A DNA stretch of 63,489 nucleotides, filler included, from Octopus bimaculoides (Eukaryota), in NCBI RefSeq assembly GCF_001194135.2. It is 5 parts of 5 records of this genome, joined end to end, with 100 filler letters (N's around TTAATTAATTAA, not from the genome) between each part and the next. Parts side by side here need not be neighbours in the genome. Positions count along the whole stretch, not along the records: positions 22,572 to 35,545 come from NC_068997.1; positions 35,646 to 54,315 come from NC_068984.1; 3 more parts are not named here. One strand, 5' to 3'. A model generated the notes under the pieces. It was not told where the DNA came from. It ran no database searches and worked only from the letters and a program-made list of their open reading frames with translations. A program made the position numbers and the translations under genes. Shown in pieces: positions 35,148-47,960 of this stretch. Positions within the stretch are counted from its first letter, which is position 1. Each line of letters begins with the position of its first letter.

Positions 35148-37109
35148 ATATAAAGAACCAAGTTGTTGTGGAAGAGAGTCCTTTTCGATGGTATTTTGAT
35201 GGTTATGGTGGTGTATTAAAAAGGAGTGAGTATTAGTGTAACCGTCGCTTCTGAAGAAGAGTTCAATTTAATATTAACGGAGATGCCTAATACCAGAGAT
35301 GTGTCTGCGAAATAAGAATAAGGATGCGCAAAGTTTCAACAGGGCCTGTCTTCACGATCAAATGAGTGCGCGTATATGAGAGGCATATATACATGTGCAC
35401 ATACATACATACATACTTACTTACGTGCGTACATACATAAGTACATAATTACATAATGCAAATATATAGACAGACATGTGACTAATTGAAATGTATGGGA
35501 GCGCTTGGAAGTGCGCGCGCGCGTGTATACATATATGTATATATANNNNNNNNNNNNNNNNNNNNNNNNNNNNNNNNNNNNNNNNNNNNTTAATTAATTA
35601 ANNNNNNNNNNNNNNNNNNNNNNNNNNNNNNNNNNNNNNNNNNNNACACACATACACATACCTAACCACCTATTTATAAACAGATGCAAGACGCACAAAC
35701 ACGAGTAAACATTAAAGAGTTGCACTGTACTTGTTAAAAATTGTTCAAATACAAACAAATTGACTGATTTTTTTTTTTTTTTTTACTCGACATTCATCTT
35801 CAAATATCTCACACCTAGTAACTCACACTTCTGACCAAATTGCGGTAATTTGCTTCTAAGATCCTCACTATCCACCCTGCTACTCCATATACCGAATAGT
35901 TTTCTCATTCATTCTGTGTCTCCTTTTATTCCATACGTTTTACCTGCTTGGCAAGAGTTGTAATCTAGAACTATGATGAAATTAAGGCAATTACATGGTA
36001 ATGCTTTTTTTTTTTTAATATTTCATCATGCATAGATACGTACTAACCTTTTTATATTTTTTGTCAGAAGAAAAACCATAATTCAACTCGGCCTTATAAA
36101 TGACGAAATAGAAAGAAAATAAGCTTGTTTCATAGAATTTCCCTGAAGGCCACTTTCTACACTTTCAAGCCCGTATGAAAACGAGTTTCTGGTGAATGGT
36201 CGATCTGTGAGAAATCCCGAAAGATCATCCCGCAGAGGTATATTGGATATGATACTCCAGGATATACAATGATTGAATTAAAGCTGGAATGATCTCTTGG
36301 AGCCATTTTTACTATCTACCTGTTCTATCAGCGATGATCAGAAGCTAAACAGTTACAAAAACCTTAACAGGCTTCTTTGTTCAACGGACTGAAATGCTCC
36401 CACACGCTACAGAAGCAAAATAATTAATTCAAAAATATATTTACATAGGAAGAAGTGCCTATACATTATATTTGTGTTCATTAATAAGTGCATAAATGTA
36501 AAGACAAATTAATACCAAGAGTTTGGTATTAATTTGGTAGTTTTATCAACATTTTGGTATGAAGAGCTTGAATAAGAACAAAGATGTACTTAAGTTTCTT
36601 GACGAACCGAAACTTACATCCACCCATCTCTTCGTTACTTAATATATTTTCATCAATGCCATTCTGATATTTATGCTGGCTGCATAAAATGGCCTTAGGA
36701 ATAGTTTTTATGCCATTATTATGGATTGTTAAAGCCGGAGTAGAGAATATAAAAATGAAGTAGTGAATATATTTATTTTTCTTTTCAATATGAAGATTTA
36801 GGAGATTTTTATCGTCAGTTCCCGATGCCTACACGTCAATGCCTCAAGTAATCTACTCTATCTCAGTAAAACGACAGAGATTGTTCCATTCTACTTGGAG
36901 ATACAGTAGAACAAAGTATCGGTGACCAGCACGTAGATTTACAACAAAATTCTTGCTGGATGATTAGTATATGAGCCGATTTCAACAATAAGTGATTCAA
37001 TTGTTAAAACAACGGAATGACATCCTCTTTGTGTAGAATCAGTTTGACAATGTGTGATAAGTGTGAAACAAGGTTAGTCCTTTGCATTACAAGCACAAAC
37101 CATGCAATG

Positions 37110-37262
37110 GACTTCTAAGTAGTTTGTCTTCAACCGTTTACACTCAAAAGAGTTGGCAGGAACCGAGGCTATGGTGAAATGCACTTTCCTGTATGGCCAT
37201 GCACTGGAATCGAACTTGGAAACTCAGATCGAAATGAACTTCTTATATTGTCGATCATGCCG
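37110..37262 (-). mobile_element. Highly diverged SINE family A relic
   Basis: ggctatggtgaaatgcacttt...tggccatgcactggaatcgaacttggaaac resembles the reverse of the family A head and CORE. Confidence 0.45.
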
Positions 37263-37809
37263 TTGTCCAGACATAATAGATTATTAGAAGTGAACAAAAA
37301 CAAAACCAAGGAATTTCAGTGAGAACGGTTTAATCATTAACGTCTGCCCTACAGCGACTAATCAGAAAAACGAACTGAAGGCAGGACATCATTCTCAGCA
37401 ACAACAATTTAGCAACTGGCCTCAGTTGAGAAATCAAACGACGCAGCCCGTTGGTCGTAAACTAAGTAAGTAAATAAATAAAGATAATGAAAATATACAA
37501 GTACTGCGGTATATATATATNNNNNNNNNNNNNNNNNNNNNNNNNNNNNNNNNNNNNNNNNNNNNNNNNNNNNNNNNNNNNNNNNNNNNNNNNNNNNNNN
37601 NNNNNNNNNNNNNNNNNNNNNNNNNNNNNNNNNNNNNNNNNNNNNNNNNNNNNNNNNNNNNNNNNNNNNNNNNNNNNNNNNNNNNNNNNNNNNNNNNNNN
37701 NNNNNNNNNNNNNNNNNNNNNNNNNNNNNNNNNNNNNNNNNNNNNNNNNNNNNNNNNNNNNNNNNNNNNNNNNNNNNNNNNNNNNNNNNNNNNNNNNNNN
37801 NNNNNNNNN

Positions 37810-37846
<37 letters not shown>

Positions 37847-39149
37847 CTGTATGTATGTATGTACGTTTTACGTTTCGGCGTATACATGGTTTATATATGT
37901 ACGTATATGTATATATTTATACATATAGATAGACAGACTGACAGCAAGACATACAGAGTGACAGCAAGACAAGCAGATTGGCAGCAAGACAGACAAACCG
38001 ACAAACACGTTAGAGCTTCTATTCGATATGCATGTTAAATATATTTGCAGTATGTGTCCGACGGTATACATATGAAAGCACACATACAATTTTTGCATGC
38101 AATATTTGTTTTAGTATTTCACAGAGATCTAAAAAGCAGATCGCACGCATCACACGCTTGCGCGCGCGCACACTACATCCACTCTCACACTTTCTAGTTC
38201 AGCTTGCCTGTTCCTCTGTAGATTGTATAATGACCAGACAATGAGAAAATAATTAAATCCTGGATATTAACTATCGTCTTCTTTTGACGTTGATGTAAAT
38301 ATTACAGATGACAGTTAATATTAAAGCCAGTAGCATGTTCAGATAGGGACATATGGTTTTATACAAATTCTTATTTCATCTTTTCCTCAATAGTCAGCAA
38401 TTTTTAAGACTTATTCCAGATGTTTGCATGTTGCTAACTAATCCATTCTTGAAATTAAATGGTATGCATTAAGTTTATGTGTATATGCTCTCACGTGCAC
38501 TCGTGTGTGTGCATATGTATGTATATATATATATATATATATATNNNNNNNNNNNNNNNNNNNNNNNNNNNNNNNNNNNNNNNNNNNNNNNNNNNNNNNN
38601 NNNNNNNNNNNNNNNNNNNNNNNNNNNNNNNNNNNNNNNNNNNNNNNNNNNNNNNNNNNNNNNNNNNNNNNNNNNNNNNNNNNNNNNNNNNNNNNNNNNN
38701 NNNNNNNNNNNNNNNNNNNNNNNNNNNNNNNNNNNNNNNNNNNNNNNNNNNNNNNNNNNNNNNNNNNNNNNNNNNNNNNNNNNNNNNNNNNNNNNNNNNN
38801 NNNNNNNNNNNNNNNNNNNNNNNNNNNNNNNNNNNNNNNNNNNNNNNNNNNNNNNNNNNNNNNNNNNNNNNNNNNNNNNNNNNNNNNNNNNNNNNNNNNN
38901 NNNNNNNNNNNNNNNNNNNNNNNNNNNNNNNNNNNNNNNNNNNNNNNNNNNNNNNNNNNNNNNNNNNNNNATATATATATATATATATATATATACATAC
39001 ATCACAAACTGAACAAATAAGAAAAGCTTTCTGAATATCAATTGGAAATCGAGCCCGCGACATTCATAATGTTCCTGACGAGGAAATGCAAACATACACA
39101 CATGCATGTGTGTGTGTGCGCGCGCGTGTGTGTGCGCGCGCGCGTGTGT

Positions 39150-39735
39150 GCGGGGTGGTAGCAAAAAGCTCCTGAACTTGTTTTGTAGCCTGCCAAAAGA
39201 TTGCAGCACACGGTTGCGTGCGCAATGAAAGCTAGAAGTAACTGTCATGAGGCAAAGTGCCGAGTGACATCACAGTGTTTACTTCGCAAGTTGTGAAATT
39301 TATGTTTTTGTGACCATGTGTATGCTATAGTCTGCGATTTTGTCATGGATAGGAAGTTAGAACAAAGAACCAACGTGATATTTTACTTAAACTTAGGAAG
39401 TATGTTACAAAGTGATTGAGCATGCTGCGGCAAGCATACGGCGACGAGGTAATGGGTCGTACGCAATGTTTCGAGTGGAATGGGTGCTTCAAAAGCAGAA
39501 GAACGTTCCTGGAAGACAATGAGCGATCTCGAAGGCCCGACCTTCCACGAGCATTACTCCTGAAAATGTGGAGAAAATTCAGCATCTTGTGCATGGGGAT
39601 CGTCAGAGGACAATAAGCGATATTGCTAATATTGATGGCCTCTCGTATGGGTCGTGCACGCAATACCAACGTCTGAACTGAACACACGACGTGTCTCTAC
39701 CAAGTTTGTCCCCCGCCTGCTGACCACTGAGCATT
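39150..39735 (+). mobile_element. Mariner transposase N-terminal relic (second lineage)
   Basis: MDRKLEQRTNV; MLRQAYGDEVMGRTQCFEW...FKSRRTFLEDNERS; TPENVEKIQHLVHGDRQRTI; aagtttgtcccccgcctgctgacc (KFVPRLLT). Confidence 0.9.
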
Positions 39736-39744
39736 CCTTTACGT

Positions 39745-39890
39745 CATCAATTCGAATCATGCCCAGGTTGACTTTGACTTTCGGGCTTAATGGAATAAGT
39801 ACCGATTAAACACAGGAGTGGATATAGTCGAGTAGCCCCCTCCACCCAAATTGCGGGCCTTGTGTTTATAGCAGAAAGGATGATAATTAT
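39745..39890 (+). mobile_element. SINE family B 3' part
   Basis: aataagtaccgattaaacac...ggccttgtgtttatagcagaaaggatgataattatt. Confidence 0.7.
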
Positions 39891-40593
39891 TTTTATTGAA
39901 AAATGTGACTTCAGTGCGAAACACGGTTTCGATTCCCAGTTAAATCGCTTAACTTCAGTTATAGGATCAATGTACTTGAAAAGGTATTTTACAACTTCCT
40001 GTTTCTCTTCCCCCCACTCCAACAACCACCACCAAAACAACTTTAGCTTCATGTTTATGCATAGACCGATTGTTGATAAACGGACATGAAATCCTGTTCA
40101 GATTTCACACATGATTGGACAGAAATACCGGATGCCATCAAAACGGGGGAAAAAACAGATTGGGAGATGGAATCGATAAGTAAATCAATGACATTTACCT
40201 TTTCTGATTTGGTTGGGTGTTACCTATGAGTCATTACGTGTGTGCGTGTGTTTGCGTGTGTGTGTGTGTGACTCTGTGTGTCTGTGCGTACGCGCGCGCC
40301 TGTGTGCGTGTGTGTGTGCGCGTGTGTGTGCGTGTGTTCGTGCATAATCATACATATATTTCCGCTATCCATACTGACACAGGTAAACACTTAGTCATGT
40401 GTATATCAGACTGAATAAAAGAGCAAATAAGCAGTATCTCAATGCATACACACACACACACACACGCATATACACACATATGTATATATGTATGTGCATA
40501 TACATATATGTACATATACATATATATATTCATATCCGTATAGACATATGTATATTTATACCCTGACACAAATATATTTACATGCACATACGT

Positions 40594-40632
<39 letters not shown>

Positions 40633-41104
40633 GAAATATATATATATACACACAGATACACACACAGATACACACACACACATATACATCTGAGTGCGTG
40701 TGTGTATATGCACGACTGTGCGCACTTACGCATAGTCGTACATACATTTGTGTTCCAGTGTATGAGTAGCGCGTTGTGCACGGTCTTGTATGTCTGTATG
40801 CGTGCGCATTTTACATATGTGAGAAGGGTCTGATAAATGAGAATAGGTATGTCCTTTTGGTCAAAAAGTTAGTTTCACATTCGTGAGATCTCAAGTTCGA
40901 TAACACTGCATCACATACTGGGCAAATGATCTTTTTTACTACACTTCGTGTCGACGTAATACCTATCTATGAACGAATTAGCTAGATGGAACCTCTGTAA
41001 GCCTGTTAGATGGTACGTAGCTATCGATGAAATCGCCAGTATTATCACACATTGGTTTTATGTGAGGGTTAAGAAAACAACCTTCTCAAAAACGCGCAAC
41101 TTGC

Positions 41105-42300
41105 TTTTCGTCCAAGGAGGAGCTGCCTCACACAGTTGCTGCAGCACTTTGACTGGGTACTGAAGCAACAGCTAAACCAGTTAGTAGACGTGATATACCC
41201 CGACTTTGCCATGGCCTTCGACAAGGTTGATCATGGCATGATATGTCACAAGCTGCGGAACCTTGGTATTACAGGGAAACTGGGAGAGTGGATATAATCG
41301 AGTAGTCCCCCTCCACCCAAATTGCGGGCCTTGTGTTTATAGCAGAAAGGATAATAATTATTTTTATTGGAAAATGTGACTTCAGTGCGAAACACGGTTT
41401 CGATTCCCAGTTAAATTGCTTCACTTCAGTTATAGGAAAAGAATTATAATTAACAAAATAGTTATAAGAAACGAATTATAATTATCAAAAATAACATGCA
41501 GTTCAATGCTATGAAATTTCAAGCACTCCACAATCGGTCCAACACCAGGCTAAAATCGGAATATACTGGATTAGAAGGTAATATGATCCCAGAGTCAGAG
41601 TCGGTGCGTGACCTGGGGGTTCACATTAGCAATGATGCAACATTCCATGGCAACAATGTGCAGGCTGGATGGATTCTGAAGACATTTAAAACCAGGAAAA
41701 GGGAAGCTCTGCTACTCGTATGGAAGACTTTCCTTCTCAGCTGCTTAGACTACTGCACCCAACTATGGTTCCCAGAGAGTGTGAAACAATCTGTGGAACT
41801 CGAAGCAATCCAGCGCCAATACACAAAGATTGACTCGATGCAAAAGATGGGCTACTTGGAGAGGCTAAAGGAGCTGAGTCTCTATTCCTTGGAGAGAAGA
41901 CGAGGGAGATATGCGGTGATATATGTTTGGAAGATCTTGGAGGATTTAGCTATATCAATCCTCGAGCTGGACGGCACTGCATCATCCCAAAGTTCTCACC
42001 TTCTCCATCTAAAATAAGGACACAGTACTGCAATAGTCTGGGTTTCAAGGACCCACAATTGTTCTTCCATCCTTCCAGGCAACCTTAGAGATCTACATAG
42101 TATTGATGTGGAAGTTTTCAAGGAACGTCTGAACAGGTTTCTATCTGAAATACCAGATGAACCTACATCGCGGCAGGAGACGCAAAGAAGAACAGCTCCG
42201 TCCAACTCGCTACTTCACCCAAAACAATATCGGAAGCAACACAGGTGATGCATCAGCATGACTTCAGCCCTCAGATGAAACCAGTAAAAAAAGTTAAAGT
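41105..42300 (+). mobile_element. CR1-group LINE RT and 3' end, with the RT core deleted and replaced
   Basis: FRPRRSCLTQLLQHFDWVL...DVIYPDFAMAFDKVDHGMICHKLRNLGITGKLGEW, then NNMQFNAMKFQ...VRDLGV...LDYCTQLW...LERLKELSLYSLERRR; tail cagcatg...tgaaaccagtaaaa. Confidence 0.9.
41286..41437 (+). repeat. Local direct duplication of 39816-39966 (about 150 bp)
   Basis: About 6 differences in 151 bp by eye; includes the SINE tail plus unique flank. Confidence 0.9.
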
Positions 42301-42379
<79 letters not shown>

Positions 42380-42827
42380 ACGTGCGCACACACACATTTA
42401 AATTCTAGCACATTAGTATTAAATTAAGTCAGAATGTAGATCATAAATTTGATTTGTAAACTACGTGACAAGGTAAATACGAAGTATACAAATAAAATGC
42501 ATAAATGATAAACCAAAAGTGAATACTTGTTGAAAAAAATGAACCCATGTCTCCTAGATGATATATCGCTGATTTAACCTGTATTCTCTGATAACTGCGC
42601 CAGTTTGTAACTCAAATATATATCGGTCAGTACAGATACAACGACGGTAATTTTGTTTTTATTTCCCGGCAGTTACATATCGATGCCGGGGAAGAGTGAC
42701 AAGTGAAGAAAATATGATAGGAAATTTGATGATCGGTTGGTGGATGAGAAAGGAATTGGGAGTTAAAGAGGTATCGATATATAATGTAATTCGGTTTATG
42801 GATGTTGCAATATTTGAAAGATGACTA

Positions 42828-43022
42828 AGGCAGCGAGCTCGCAGAATCATTAGCACCCCGGGGGAAAATGCTTAGCAGTATTTCGCCCGTCTCTACGGTC
42901 TGAGTTCAAATTCTGCCAAGGTCGACTTTACCTTTAATCCTTTCGGAGTCGATAAAATAAGTACCAATTAAACACTGGGGTCAATGTAATAGACTTACCT
43001 CCCCCACCTGAACTTGCTGGCA
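42828..43022 (+). mobile_element. SINE family B
   Basis: aggcagcgagctcgcagaatcattagc...tgagttcaaattctgccaaggtcgacttta...aagtaccaattaaacactggggtc. Confidence 0.85.
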
Positions 43023-43230
43023 TTTACCTTTTCTACTTGTTTCAGTCATGCTGGGGCACCGACTTGAAAGGTTTTATCCGAACAAATCGAATCCAGGACA
43101 TTTTTAATCCCTCTACTTATTCTATCGATCTCTTTTGCCGAACCGCTAAGTAAGGGGTACGTAAACACACCAGCGCCGGCTGTTAAGCGATGTAGAGGGG
43201 GATAACCACAGATACAAAGACACACACGCG
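43023..43230 (-). mobile_element. SINE family A 3' half
   Basis: cttgtttcagtcatgctggggcacc...tacttattctatcgatctcttttgccgaaccgctaag. Confidence 0.8.
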
Positions 43231-43290
43231 TATGTATATATGCACACACATATATACACACACGTATACACATACACACATGCACATACA

Positions 43291-43336
<46 letters not shown>

Positions 43337-43857
43337 ACTTACTTGGAAGAGAATGCCTGGCGTTCAATCATATAATAATATTATATATATATATATANNN
43401 NNNNNNNNNNNNNNNNNNNNNNNNNNNNNNNNNNNNNNNNNNNNNNNNNNNNNNNNNNNNNNNNNNNNNNNNNNNNNNNNNNNNNNNNNNNNNNNNNNNN
43501 NNNNNNNNNNNNNNNNNNNNNNNNNNNNNNNNNNNNNNNNNNNNNNNNNNNNNNNNNNNNNNNNNNNNNNNNNNNNNNNNNNNNNNNNNNNNNNNNNNNN
43601 NNNNNNNNNNNNNNNNNNNNNNNNNNNNNNNNNNNNNNNNNNNNNNNNNNNNNAAAAGGCATAAAGAACGACCCTTCATCGGTTGTTGGCTGTTTTTCTA
43701 CTCTCGTATTTCGAACATTTAGCAACAAGATACGCTTTCTATAAAACAGTTGCTCCCGCAAAGCAAATTAAATAAAATTTGGGATTTTGCGGAGGGTCAA
43801 AATTGGTAATACAAACAGGGCAGTGAAAACAAACAGGAATGGCTGCTAAGCCTAAAC

Positions 43858-44249
43858 GAGGTTGTGGTGGCGAACGCGTAAATCAAGCTTGGACAGGAGA
43901 CAGACAAGAACACGTCTTCCTTGATCCAGCTGCAACGGAGAGAAAGAAAGAAACACAAGTTAGGAGAAGAAAGATGGCCGATGGTCACGTGAGACCCACG
44001 GGAGCAAGGGAGGAAGAGTGAGGGAGAGAGAGTGACAGATATGGAACTGTGAAGGAGAGAGGAAAAAATTGGAGGATATATGGAATGAGAAAGAGTAATA
44101 AACAGATAGACAGACAACAAACACAGAGTCTGTCAGACAGACAGACACATAGACTTCTCCCCCACCTGTTTTTTTTTCTCATTCTGTCTCCAATTTTTTC
44201 CTCTCCCCTTCACTGTTCTCTTGATTTACGCGTTCGCCACTACAACCTC
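43858..44249. repeat. 30-bp inverted repeat pair (43858-43887 / 44220-44249)
   Basis: gaggttgtggtggcgaacgcgtaaatcaag vs cttgatttacgcgttcgccactacaacctc: 29/30 Watson-Crick, and the remaining pair is G-T on the + strand. Confidence 0.9.
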
Positions 44250-45444
44250 TCCCTCTCTCCCCCTCTCTCTCCCCTCTTTCCCCCTCTCCCCCTCTCTCCC
44301 CCTCTCTCTCTGNNNNNNNNNNNNNNNNNNNNNNNNNNNNNNNNNNNNNNNNNNNNNNNNNNNNNNNNNNNNNNNNNNNNNNNNNNNNNNNNNNNNNNNN
44401 NNNNNNNNNNNNNNNNNNNNNNNNNNNNNNNNNNNNNNNNNNNNNNNNNNNNNNNNNNNNNNNNNNNNNNNNNNNNNNNNNNNNNNNNNNNNNNNNNNNN
44501 NNNNNNNNNNNNNNNNNNNNNNNNNNNNNNNNNNNNNNNNNNNNNNNNNNNNNNNNNNNNNNNNNNNNNNNNNNNNNNNNNNNNNNNNNNNNNNNNNNNN
44601 NNNNNNNNNNNNNNNNNNNNNNNNNNNNNNNNNNNNNNNNNNNNNNNNNNNNNNNNNNNNNNNNNNNNNNNNNNNNNNNNNNNNNNNNNNNNNNNNNNNN
44701 NNNNNNNNNNNNNNNNNNNNNNNNNNNNNNNNNNNNNNNNNNNNNNNNNNNNNNNNNNNNNNNNNNNNNNNNNNNNNNNNNNNNNNNNNNNNNNNNNNNN
44801 NNNNNNNNNNNNNNNNNNNNNNNNNNNNNNNNNNNNNNNNNNNNNNNNNNNNNNNNNNNNNNNNNNNNNNNNNNNNNNNNNNNNNNNNNNNNNNNNNNNN
44901 NNNNNNNNNNNNNNNNNNNNNNNNNNNNNNNNNNNNNNNNNNNNNNNNNNNNNNNNNNNNNNNNNNNNNNNNNNNNNNNNNNNNNNNNNNNNNNNNNNNN
45001 NNNNNNNNNNNNNNNNNNNNNNNNNNNNNNNNNNNNNNNNNNNNNNNNNNNNNNNNNNNNNNNNNNNNNNNNNNNNNNNNNNNNNNNNNNNNNNNNNNNN
45101 NNNNNNNNNNNNNNNNNNNNNNNNNNNNNNNNNNNNNNNNNNNNNNNNNNNNNNNNNNNNNNNNNNNNNNNNNNNNNNNNGTTCTATGTGTGCCGTAAAT
45201 ATCGCCATCCGTTAGAGAAAAAATTGTAGTTTAGAATCAGTAGTTCTTTGACTGCTATTTCTAAATTTTCAGTATGTTGGTGAAGCAACTCATGCTGACC
45301 CCTATATATTTATGATTATAAATGTTTTTACCGATAAAGGTTTTTTTCATACTGAACTACTTGGCAAAATTGTTAATTATTAATTTTATTAACTAATTGG
45401 CAATTCCCTGCGCTATATCTGTATGTATATATATATATATATAT

Positions 45445-45620
45445 AAGGGTGGCTTGATAGCAATTTTTCAACCGAAAGGCAAAAATATGTCACTAAAGCG
45501 ATTGAGGGCGCTATAGAGCACCTGTATTGCTACAAATAAGAGTCGAAATAACTCATAGCCGCAATAACTACCATGTCATTGAGTGACAAGGAAGTCAAGC
45601 TCCCTAAGCACTGATAGGCG
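45445..45620 (+). mobile_element. Probable mariner 5' remnant
   Basis: Starts in TA; contains gagggcgctatagag and a short MSLSDKE start; no catalytic motif seen. Confidence 0.3.
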
Positions 45621-45913
45621 TGTATATGTCCCTGGTGTAATAAGTGATAGGCAATAATTTCAACCGCACATTAAAACTGTTATGTTGCCAAGAACTTACG
45701 TATTACTCTCCTCATACGAACGAAATACACACACACACATGCGCATACATACGCATGCATGCACACATACGCACAATATATTGATGGATATGCATATATA
45801 CTTACATATATATATGTGTGTGTTCATGTGACATATACATACACACCCATATTTGTGCCTACACGTGCATATATCTATGCATCTCTCTTTCTCTTTGTTT
45901 TTCCTTCTTTCTT

Positions 45914-46008
<95 letters not shown>

Positions 46009-46304
46009 TAATATANNNNNNNNNNNNNNNNNNNNNNNNNNNNNNNNNNNNNNNNNNNNNNNNNNNNNNNNNNNNNNNNNNNNNNNNNNNNNNNNNNNNN
46101 NNNNNNNNNNNNNNNNNNNNNNNNNNNNNNNNNNNNNNNNNNNNNNNNNNNNNNNNNNNNNNNNNNNNNNNNNNNNNNNNNNNNNNNNNNNNNNNNNNNN
46201 NNNNNNNNNNNNNNNNNNNNNNNNNNNNNNNNNNNNNNNNNNNNNNNNNNNNNNNNNNNNNNNNNNNNNNNNNNNNNNNNNNNNNNNNNNNNNNNNNNNN
46301 NNNN

Positions 46305-46364
<60 letters not shown>

Positions 46365-47064
46365 TATATATATATATGTGTGTGTATGTGTGTGTGTACA
46401 TACATATGTACGCATACATGTACCATGACCACCCAATGCATAATACTAACAACTAAACATATATATATATATATATATATATGCTTAGTTATTACTATCT
46501 ACACGCATTGAATTGCTATAAAAGTTAAATGTATAAACCAAGCCAATATCCAATGCAATATGTGAAGTTTATCAGCACAATTTTATTACCAAACGTTTCA
46601 TATTTGGTTTTATGCCTTACCATATCAAAATTTGTATTTCGGTTTCGTTTTTATTTTTATTTTTAATTCTTTTCTTCATGCCTGTCTGTTACTGCCAAAC
46701 ATTATTCTCTCCGACCTAGATATCGGAGAACGCAAACCTTGTATTTCAATTATTGCCATCCGTAAATACACAAATACAGAAAGAGACCGTATGCTTTTTC
46801 CATAAATTCATGAGAATGAAATATAGGTACACATGGACAAGAGAAATTTCTGACCTTTCAAAATAACCAAACTGTGTCTTATATATTCCTTGCCCTCATG
46901 GCAACTTGAATCTCACCCCACCCCGTTTATACCAACACCATTACCACCCAACGCATAATACAATTCTATTTGCACCCACCTTTCCACTGTTAAAATATTT
47001 ATTCAGGTGAATGAATGAATGCATCTCAGAGTTATATGTTAAAGGAATCTCTCTCTCTCTTTCC

Positions 47065-47117
<53 letters not shown>

Positions 47118-47439
47118 ACGTACACACATAAGGTACGCGCACAAACACTCAGAGATACACACTACACACACACTCACACAAAGCCACACACGTACACACA
47201 CGTATACTTACACATATTCATTGGGAAACTCAAGCACTTTTACAAAACGCATATGTATAAATATTCAAATATTCAAACGCGAATATTCTTACATTTAGAT
47301 ACATACATACATGCATAAATACATCAGTATACATACATACACATACATATATATGTCTGTGTGAGCGTGTGTGTGTGAGAGAGAGAATGTGTATGTGTGT
47401 ACATCTCTGCAGTCTCCTCAGCTAAAAATGAGCAGTAAC

Positions 47440-47483
<44 letters not shown>

Positions 47484-47554
47484 NNNNNNNNNNNNNNNNN
47501 NNNNNNNNNNNNNNNNNNNNNNNNNNNNNNNNNNNNNNNNNNNNNNNNNNNNNN

Positions 47555-47720
47555 GGAATTCATTATTCAAAATGTCCTTTAATTTCTTTTTTTCTCTCCT
47601 TGTTTCTTTCTGTGTTCCTTTCTGTGGAAGAGCGTAGGCTCGAAACGTTAAAGGCTTTTTCACTTCCCGAGCGTTAAACTAATACATCTGTTTGTTGTCT
47701 ACACCACCTGTTTTCGTTTC
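47555..47720 (+). mobile_element. Penelope-like terminal repeat with a non-canonical hammerhead fold (47617-47654)
   Basis: ccttt CTGTGGA a gagc gtag gctc GAAA c g t t aaagg; same family as 63300-63445. Confidence 0.65.
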
Positions 47721-47724
47721 CCGG

Positions 47725-47960
47725 CGGTGCGTTGAACTCTTCAGCAAGATACTATATTTCATGTTGCTCCACTCAGTTGGTAAACATGAGTTGTACTTGC
47801 ATTTCAAAGGGCCAGCCTTTTCTGTGTCTCGCTAAAAGTCCCTGTGAACTACGTTTACAGTACGCGACATTGTGGAATAGTCAGCCATTTACAAGTTAAT
47901 TTCACGAAGAAGCTGTTCCGTTGATAGTATCAACTGGATCACTTAACGTCATAACCGATT
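47725..47960 (+). mobile_element. Diverged CORE-like SINE (family of 53934-54258)
   Basis: ttcagcaagatactatatttcatgttgctcc...gttaatttcacgaagaagctgttccgttgat. Confidence 0.65.

Noticed and set aside
36136-36237. Candidate exon with acceptor tttcatAG and donor GTatat
   Set aside because: All three frames contain stops, and the antisense ORF is short and unrecognisable.
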